Below, piece by piece: positions 55,412 through 64,000 of a DNA stretch of 64,000 bases. The stretch is from the NCBI GenBank assembly GCA_001938485.1, contig MQRK01254997.1:1-64000 (forward strand). Direction: 5' to 3'. Source of the stretch: Girardia tigrina. Lineage: Eukaryota. The position numbers and the translations under genes are program-made. Position 1 is the stretch's first letter; the number at the start of each line of letters is the position of its first letter. Under the pieces are notes generated by a model. It was not told the origin of the DNA and did not search any database. It saw only the letters and a list, made by a program, of their open reading frames with translations.

Positions 55412-55696
55412 ATATCAATGTTTTCATTGTGCTACCCAGATAAAAGGGGAAAATAATCAAAACTTATCATAAATAAAATATTTATTTCAGAAACAAATAA
55501 AAACAAACAAATTTAATTTAATTTAAAAATCTGAAATCAGATTTGATACTAAGGAATTTAATGGTTATACGTTCATTTTTATCAATGTTATACCTTAAAA
55601 TATACCTTTTACATAAATAAGACAATAAAACCATTTTTAATAATAATCAAAAAATATTTTTATCACTTTTAATACATGAAACAATACATATATAGA

Positions 55697-55699
55697 ATA

Positions 55700-55748
<49 letters not shown>
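55697..55748. repeat. (AAT)n microsatellite
   Basis: Near-perfect trinucleotide run. (TA)n tracts also near 10371, 13749, 21348, 24401, 52481 and 55366; (CA)n near 21321. Confidence 0.95.
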
Positions 55749-55753
<5 letters not shown>

Positions 55754-56237
55754 TTAAAATATACAAATAAAAAGAAGAAAGTAAAAAAAAATATTTAAAA
55801 TAAATTATATAATTACATTACTCAAAAAAATTATAAAATATGAATAAATAGTGTTATTATAACATTTTTGGTATTAAATAATAAAAAATCCTTTTCTCCA
55901 TTAAAGATTTACTTTGACTATATGTTTCACCTTCACAGTCATCTTCAGGTCTTCTGTTTGAAATTTGCAATTTCTTTGGTATTTATTTGTATTTTTTCAT
56001 TATAATATACATAAAACACAAAAACTTAATATTTAGGATATTTCAAACCATTATTATAAAAATTGAATATCTTTTCTGTCCATAAATTGAATTAAATTTC
56101 GTTAATTTAATTTATTCTGAAAATTATTTTTGTGAAAAAAATAATAAATAAAATGTGGAATTTCTGTTCTTTTTTTATTTTACATCTTTTTACTGAACAT
56201 TGAAGTTAAATAAATAATAAATGTAGTATATAATTTA

Positions 56238-57637
56238 GGGTTTTTCGATCATTATATTAGATTGATGCAAAAGAAATGTCGTTTTTTAACCGTCAACTTT
56301 AAATGAACATAACTTTAACGCAAAAGCCGAGAGAACACACGTTAAAACGATGATTTTTTCGATTTTTGTTTAATTCGTGCGACATCCGCGTGTCCAGCTT
56401 TTTCACTTTCCCGATTTTCTTCAGATGGCGAACAACTATTGATTGGTGAACGTTGAGTGCTTGAGCGACTTCCCGTGAATTTTTATGCTGGTCGGCATTG
56501 ATTAACTTCTTCAAATGGTCGTCGTCAACTTGTGATAGTCGAATACCGTGTTCTTCATCTTCAAGGCTCTCGTTGCCACTACGAACCTTAAAAAACCAAC
56601 GTTGCACTGTTCGTAAAATAGTGGTATGATCTCCAAATACATTGTTAATATTCCAAGCTGTTTATGTCGCTTTTCGACCTAGTTTGAAATCGTAGAATAA
56701 AATTGTTCTCATTTCCTTCTTTTTTAACATTTCTAAAATAAAATAAAAACACCTTAAATTAACAACAATAATGTCATACTTGGTATAAAAATATAGAGTA
56801 AAGGATAAGCTTTAAAGTAAATTTAAATATGAATCTATTTATTAATGATTTTCTAAATATTTCAAACAAGGAATTAAATATTAAATACATTAAAAACGAC
56901 ATTTCTTTTGCATCAACCTAATAATAATTTTTGCAATCAATGTAATAATATTAGCAAACAATATAATAAACATAATTCAAAACTACGGAAATGAATTTTT
57001 TTACTTTTCTATTAATATGCATTTCGCATAAAAATGTGTTAATATAAAATATTTATATAAACAATTCATCTAACAAAATAAAATTTTTATCATCATTGCT
57101 TGTTTCTGTTTTTAATTTCTGAGGACAATCTCCTCCGCAAATTAAAGGAAGTATCACTCCTATTTTCAAATATTTTCGTAAAATGCTGTTTACAGTTTGA
57201 TATTTTAAACCATATATCGATGCAATTGCCGAGGTGGAATGTCCTTCTAGAGACCTTTCAGTAATTCTTTGGCTGTCATTATTTGAAACTAAATGTTTCT
57301 TAAGATTTGATGTGGTTGAATTTGTGGTTGTTTCTGTGTCTTCTTGATCCTCTTGTTCCAAATGATTTTCTTGCATATCATTTTCATTAGTACAAGCCTC
57401 ATTAGAATATTGCGCTGTCATTGAGATGGTCATTAAAAACAAAAATTTTAAATTAATTATTAAATATTTATAATATCACTTTTTAATGTGTAATTTATAT
57501 CAATAAAAAATTCCTATACAAAAATTTTATTTCCGCAGTTTGCAATTATGTTTATTATTTTGTTCGCAAACATTATTATATTGATTAATAAGATTATTAT
57601 ATTGGTTGCAAAGATTATTATAGTGATCGAAAAACCC
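56238..57637 (-). mobile_element. IS630/Tc1-like deletion derivative with long TIRs, carrying a nested mariner
   Basis: TA-GGGTTTTTCGATCA..TGATCGAAAAACCC-TA; TIR similarity resumes after removing 56257-56921. ORF 57053-57442 has an HTH (AIASIYGLKYQTVNSILRKY) and FILLDE. Confidence 0.85.
56257..56921 (-). mobile_element. Mariner internal-deletion derivative (665 bp), DNA-binding domain only
   Basis: TIRs TTAGATTGATGCAAAAGAAATGTCGTTTTT / AAAAACGACATTTCTTTTGCATCAACCTAA with TA TSD; ORF 56299-56607. Confidence 0.93.
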
Positions 57638-58079
57638 TATTATAAAATTCTCTATTCAAAGTTACTAGTAGTAGTAATTAGAGAATAAAGAAAATGGTAA
57701 TGCCTCACCGATGTGATGTCAAACCAACTGTATCTAAAATTGCATTAGCAACATTGACACAGCAGTTATTAAACTATATAATATGGTAAGGATAAAGCCT
57801 TTTTATCATATAGAAAGTTAGATATGATCAGTCTGCATGATCACGAATATAGACTCTGGTTTGTTTTCGATAATCACAAATGAAAGATCAGTTGTGATCC
57901 CTAGTCCTATGATCTTGAAGTCCTTATATTGGAAAGAAACTTTTTATAAAACGAAGAAATGATTCCTAGTAATACCGAATGTTGAAATCATAAATAGCAC
58001 AACAAATAAGTTAATTATTAACAAAATCCAAACAATGTTCTCCCTTCTTTTTGTAATTTAACAATCATTTCCTTCATCT

Positions 58080-59146
58080 TAGGAATCCATACTCAAAAAT
58101 CGAGTACCCGGATAACCGGGTACTCGATGCTTTTTATGAATTTATCGAGTAATTCAATACTCGGGTAATTTTGGTCCAGTATCGAGTATCGAGTCTGCCT
58201 CAATGTATATCTACTTTTTAGCTAGTTTCAGGTAGCTTTTTAATGCCTTTTTATTCTTCAATCTTTTTTTCTAATCAGCAACAATTTTTAGATGGAAATT
58301 TAAAAATTCTTAAGCAAGTATCAGAGATCCTGGAACCTATTGAACTTGCTGTCAAAGAACTAATAAAATAAAATAATAAAAAGAACTAGCTAATAAAATG
58401 GTGAATACATTAAAGAAACGAATTGGTGAAAGACGAAATGCGGATATTGTGTTGTTGTTGCTTTTCGTTCAAAGTGGAAAGTACCCTAAGTCCCAAGTCA
58501 ATTCTCCTTTTAAAAACACAAAAAAACATTCTATTAATTTTATGGCAAAAACAGTCAAAAGGCTGTTTAAATTAGAATTTATAAATCAAAACACAGATCC
58601 AGAGCCAGCTTCTGAAAATGAGGATCTTATTTTTAATTCAAATTATGATGAACTCCAAAAAACAATTGAACATATTATGGCTATTCCGAAAGATAGTGGA
58701 GGAAAATCCACATTAGAGAAAGAACTAAAACTTTGGGATGGAAATAATGCCAAAAGAGGTGACTCAGTTGAAAAACTGTACAACGCATTGATGACTATTT
58801 AACCTACTTCGTCAGTAAGCGAAAGAGTATTTTCGGTAGCTTCAATATTTGTTACAAAAATTCGAAACCAGTTGAAGATGGATACTTTAGACGGGCTTGT
58901 ATTACTCAAATATTATTTTTTTGAATAGAAAATAAATTATAAATGAAAACTAATATGTTCCTATATTAAAAATATATGTTATACTTATATGTTCTATTTA
59001 TTTTTATATTAAAAAATAAAGTGACAAAACATAGTGTACTTGAACTTGAATTTTTTTCATCTCGAACTACCCGGGTACCCGGGTAGTTCAAAAAATAAAT
59101 ACTCGATTTCCCGGGTAGCTGAAAAGTCGAGTATTTGGATTCGTTA
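58080..59146 (+). mobile_element. hAT (Ac-like) deletion derivative
   Basis: 8-bp TSD CTTCATCT (58072-58079, 59147-59154). Imperfect TIRs and TACTCG/TACCCGG subterminal repeats. C-terminal PTSSVSERVFS..KIRNQL. Confidence 0.92.
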
Positions 59147-60959
59147 CTTCATCTCTCGTGTCAAAAAAGTATTTGTAGTCTATTAAAATTATAGTTTCAA
59201 GTTTTCCTAATGTTTTATAGTGAATTAAATTTACTATTAAATATGTACTTTGTACTCTCAAACGATCTATCTCTTATTCTATTTATTATGGTTAGAAACT
59301 AATCTTACGTTTCTATCTACTATAATAAATTAATGTATTTTTTTGAAATTCGATTTATTGTAATTTTTTATTTATCTCTTTGTTACGGAAAAAATCATAA
59401 AAAAACAAATAATTAAAATTAAAATAGAAAAAAATGATAATAAAGTGTTTCAATCTATTTTATTTCATTAATTAAAATAAATATAAAGAAATATTTAACA
59501 AAAGTTTTTGATGATAACAAATTTTTTTTCAGAAAATTATAACAAAAGTGTATAAAATAATATTTTTTTAATATTTAAAATTTTTGAATAATTTTGTTAT
59601 ATTTTCTGAGAAAAAAATAGAAATTACATATATTTTATGAAAAAAATTCTTTTGATCATTTTTTTTATTTTTTTAATTTTTATAATTTTTAAATAAAATA
59701 TTTTTTTGTTTTTTTATGGAAATAAAATACTTTTCCGACATTAAAATTCAGATTTGCCGACCAATAAATTGTTGAATTAAATTTGATACTTGAAAAGAAA
59801 TTAAAAAAAGCGTTTTTTTGTTTGATTGTCAAAAGATTATTTTTTTATTAAACTTTTGTTTTATTGAAACAAAAAACGTCTTCATTTTATTTTGTATTTT
59901 AAACATATTCTTTTTAATTATTTTTTTCAAATAATTAAAATATAAAATATTTTATAAAATATATCTAACTCAAGTCTCAATTAGGAATCTTCAAAAATCC
60001 ATTATTAATTAAATGGAAAAAACTTTGCGTATAAAAAATTGAATTTATTATAATTAATTTAAAACGAGTTGGCATGGAGTAATTACAATTAAAATTATGA
60101 AATTAAATTTCATTCGAGTTCTCGAGATAGAAGCAATAATTTTTTTAGTATTTTTTCCACAGACTTTTGTAATTTATCTAATAATTACACAGGATTTTTC
60201 CTCATTTATTATAATATAATTTTTATAATCACAAAATAATGAAAAGACAATATTTATTATCACAAAAAAACCGGATAATTAAAACAGATAATTAAAGTTT
60301 TAGTTCGGTTTATTTTTCTTGGTTTTTTTTCATTTTTTATCTGGAACCAAACAACAAATAAAGAGAAATATATTTTTTATATTAAAATTAACTTCAAAAA
60401 ATGCAAATGATGGTATTTTATTATGGTTTTTTTGGAAAAAAATCCTCATTAATTAAGAAATGTTATCATTAATTTGATTGATATAAAAACAAGTATTTTT
60501 GTTTTCAATCGTATGTTTCAATTTCTTAAATGTCAATTTATATTCGAAAATAAAATATAAATTATTGTTTTTTTGTTAGTTTTATTATTATTTTTTTTAA
60601 AAAAATTTGTCTGTAATGAGAAAAAAATGTTAATAATTTTATTTATTATAAATTTTAATATTACTATTAGTATTATTTGAAATGAAATTAAATATAATTT
60701 CAATAATTATTTTAAAAAGAAAATATTTATTATTTTCAAATACAGATTTTATTTTATTTATATTTTTATTCTTTTCAATCGAATTTATTTTTTTAATGTT
60801 TATTAGAGATTTGTTTTTTTTATAATTAAATTACGCTTTAAATTTAATTTTCTGAAGTTTTTAATATTTATTTGACTAAAAGGTAAATTAATTTTCTTTA
60901 TAAAATATTCAGACAATCAAAAAATGATGGCAACTTATGTTTAAAAACAAAAACACGCC

Positions 60960-61870
60960 ATTTGTAAAATAAACATTTATTTTTTACGACAATTAATTTT
61001 GACTGTATAACCGCCTTCCTCAGGTCTCAAAAAAATGAGTTTTAAATCTGCTTACATATGCAAGCAGTGATTATGTCATCAATGGATTGTTGTGTCATCT
61101 GAACACGCTCAATAGGGATTTCGAGAGATCAGTTACACTGGTTTTCCGTGGTTTATGTGTCAGTTATGACACGTTTTGATAAATTTGTGTCTTATTATAA
61201 TGTTCTAATAAAATCTTTGTATTTTGGTGTGCTTTTGTCAATATAATTGCAGTTGGGTGCAAAAGGAAATTTAACAACAAGCGTTCACAAACTTTTGTAC
61301 CTGACTGTATATTCCGACGGGTATACTGTCATTTTCAGATCACTGATTACTGCTTATACATGGGAAATGGTCGATTGTGTAATGTATTTTGTAAAATCAG
61401 TAAATCATAAGAAATTGATTGAGAATGCGGTTTGAACATTGATTTTAGGATTTAGAGACCTTATTAACAAATCTTCATACCAGCCTTCCAAATAATTTTT
61501 AAAATGATTGCTCAGAATTTCGAAACTATTTGTACTCAAATCAAATTTAAAAGTTTTTCTTTGCTCAACATTATTATTCTTACCCATTCAAAAATTGTGT
61601 TCTTTGACTGGTTTGTAGAGATATTGGTAAGTCTCTTCAATTTATGTGACATGTTACCCAAAACATGTATACTGATAAGCAACATCCAAACTTACACTTA
61701 AAAGAGTAGGAGATTTATTATAAAACATATTTTCAACTTAAAATGACTGAGATATAATTTTTAGTTTTAAAAGATAATTTGTTGCTTAAAGAATAGACTT
61801 CTTAATATATCTGAATCCTTCAGAATTAGGTAAGTTCAAAGTAACACATTTGGCAGAATTCTAAATCTTA
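60960..61870 (-). mobile_element. Penelope-like 3' end with two tandem degenerate hammerheads (60988-61026, 61303-61341)
   Basis: FEILSNHFKNY..LLIRSLNPKINVQT. GAC-CTGAGGA-A-GGCGG-TTATA-CAGTC-AAAA-TTAA-TT-GTC and GAT-CTGAAAA-T-GACAG-TATAC-CCGTC-GGAA-TATA-CA-GTC. Confidence 0.8.
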
Positions 61871-62189
61871 AGGCACATTTCTTCATCCACAAGTAAATTA
61901 ATTGTCTCATTACATTGAGCATTCTTATTGTTCTCTTATAGTTATTTTATCGAAAATTGCACGAGTGAGTTTCTGAATAAAAGATTTACTATTACTATTC
62001 AACAAATTACTCATTTCTGATTAAATTGTGCATATTTAATATTAAATCGAGATTTTTTCCAATTAAATTGAGAATTTTTCACATTAAATTGACAATTATT
62101 CTTCTTAAATTGAGTTTTTTAAAATATTTTATTTAAATATTTTGCCGATTTAGGCAATTACACAAATTCAACATAACGCATATAGTAAA

Positions 62190-62530
62190 AACTCTTAATT
62201 ACCTTCTCATTGCTTGGTTCGTTTGGTACCGGAGCTCAAGACTTTTCCTAAAGTCACAATGATTTACCACGGTTATGAATTTGATTGTAAACAGAGAAAA
62301 TCAATTTTTTAAATTCCTTCCGTTTAGATTGACATGTTTCAATAATATATAAAATATATTTAGTTAGTGGTATTGTTTAGGGGCATTTAAAACAAGTGTT
62401 GAAGTTTTATCCATAACAATTAGCAAACATTTCTTTTCAAATTTTTATGTTTATAAGAACTTCAAATGGCTTGTAACTTATAGCTGAGAATTACAAGGGA
62501 ACAAAAATGGTCTGACATTCCTCGATATTT
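62190..62530 (+). mobile_element. Possible Penelope-like RT N-terminal remnant
   Basis: Degenerate matches to the LPKxHK..LRPI and MVSFD regions. Confidence 0.35.
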
Positions 62531-62556
62531 TAAATTTTAAGGAAAAATCGTTTGTA

Positions 62557-63489
62557 AAGGTCTGGCCAGAAAGTTTTGACTGATGGTTTTCTATAAGTCT
62601 CTAGTGAGCGCATTGATAAATGTCTATGATATTTACAGTATAGATAACATAAGAATATGGGAATGATTTTTTAAAATATAATTCAAAAATAATCAATTGT
62701 TCCTAATTTCAAAATATCAGTTAAAAAATTGTTTCGAAAATAAATATTATTTTGCAATATTGTTTGAAAGTTGTATTTTCATTGCGCTAAAATGAATTTG
62801 TGTCAACATGATATTCGAATGATGATATACTACTACTGGAAACGTTATTTGAATACCCCCGCTATATGTAAAGAGATGAATGGCAGCACTTGGAAAGTGC
62901 TGTTAGTGGGAACACTTGCCGTAGATGGGTGACAGAGTTTAACAACGGAAATTTTAATGTGAAAGATATACAGCGCTCTACAAGGCCATCAATGAACATT
63001 GATGACGCTATTTTGCAACACCTGGATTTGGAAAAATACAGTACATGTCGGTCCATATTATTTGAGCTGGCAATTTTCCGGACAGAGCTCGAAATCCTCT
63101 AATTCAAATGGGGAAAATGTACCTCTGTAATCGATGGATCCCACATCTACTGTCCCCTAAACAAATTGCTAATAGAGAAAGAATATACAACGAGCTGTTA
63201 AGAAAGCAATCGGCTTTTGATTTTCTTGGACAACTGTTGACCATGGATGAATCCTGGATATATTGAGACAATGGAGGCTTGAAACATCATCATTCAAGTG
63301 GTGTTGGAGCTTTGGATTGAAGAGAAACCTCGCAGTTTCTTCACCAAAGGAATTAGAAACCTCCCAAAACGGTGGGAGAAGTGCGTGTCTCACAATGGAA
63401 AATACTTTGAACACATTAGAGATGATGATAAAAATAACAATAAATACTTATCTGTCAATAAATCGGTCAAGACTTTCTGGACAGACATG
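62557..63489 (+). mobile_element. Decayed mariner with internal deletion (933 bp)
   Basis: Imperfect TIRs AAGGTCTGGCCAGAAAGTTTTGACTGAT / ATCGGTCAAGACTTTCTGGACAGACATG, flanked by TA. WIPHLL and GIRNLPKRWEKCVSHNGKYFE. Confidence 0.88.
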
Positions 63490-64000
63490 TATATTTCTAT
63501 AAAATATTTGTTCATTTATCTTAAAAAAAATTCACTATTTTTTACAATTCACATTATGAGGGACAGTTCTGTGAATCATTATTGATATGACAACAACTCA
63601 GTAATCAATATTCAAAAAGGGTAAAGTAAAGCCTATTTCATTCATAAAATCTTTAATTAAAATAAATTAAAATTTAAACATTTATATCAAGTAAAATCTT
63701 AAAACTTTAAATATTTACTGATAAAATCTCTCATTAATTAACATTTTATTATATTATCTTCTTTAAACATCTTTAAACGTTTTAGAATTTAGAACATTTT
63801 AATCTACCAAAAATTAAAATTAAACTTAATATCAGAATACAAAAACGGTAAATGAAACACAATATTTTACGACAAAACTGAATAGAATTAAGACAAAATT
63901 ACTAATTATTTCAAATATCAAATAAAATCGTTTGTTTGATGTTTTTATTCCTTTTGACTCGCACAAAAATAAGGCTTTTGAAGTTTATTTTTTTATAAAT

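Overview
Very AT-rich eukaryotic (animal-like) draft-genome sequence with four N gaps, made mostly of decayed transposons. It holds about ten Tc1/mariner elements or MITEs, four hAT derivatives, many Penelope-like (PLE, GIY-YIG) fragments, a decayed Gypsy pol, an RTE 3' end and other retro/DNA remnants. The only recognisable host-type gene is an intronless, truncated UBR1/UBR2-like ORF (38481-39227) whose UBR box lacks 5 residues. Most notable, all found by eye: (1) a ~385-nt, extensively base-paired, G-U-rich candidate ncRNA at 25772-26155 that I cannot assign to a known family; (2) six minimal hammerhead ribozyme motifs in PLE termini (3 intact, 3 decayed) with compensatory changes; (3) a 3.36-kb solo LTR with a CATT target duplication inserted at the start codon of a BED-finger hAT transposase; (4) a divergent U1 snRNA-like sequence; (5) an intron-containing Tc1. 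No searches or folding programs were run.
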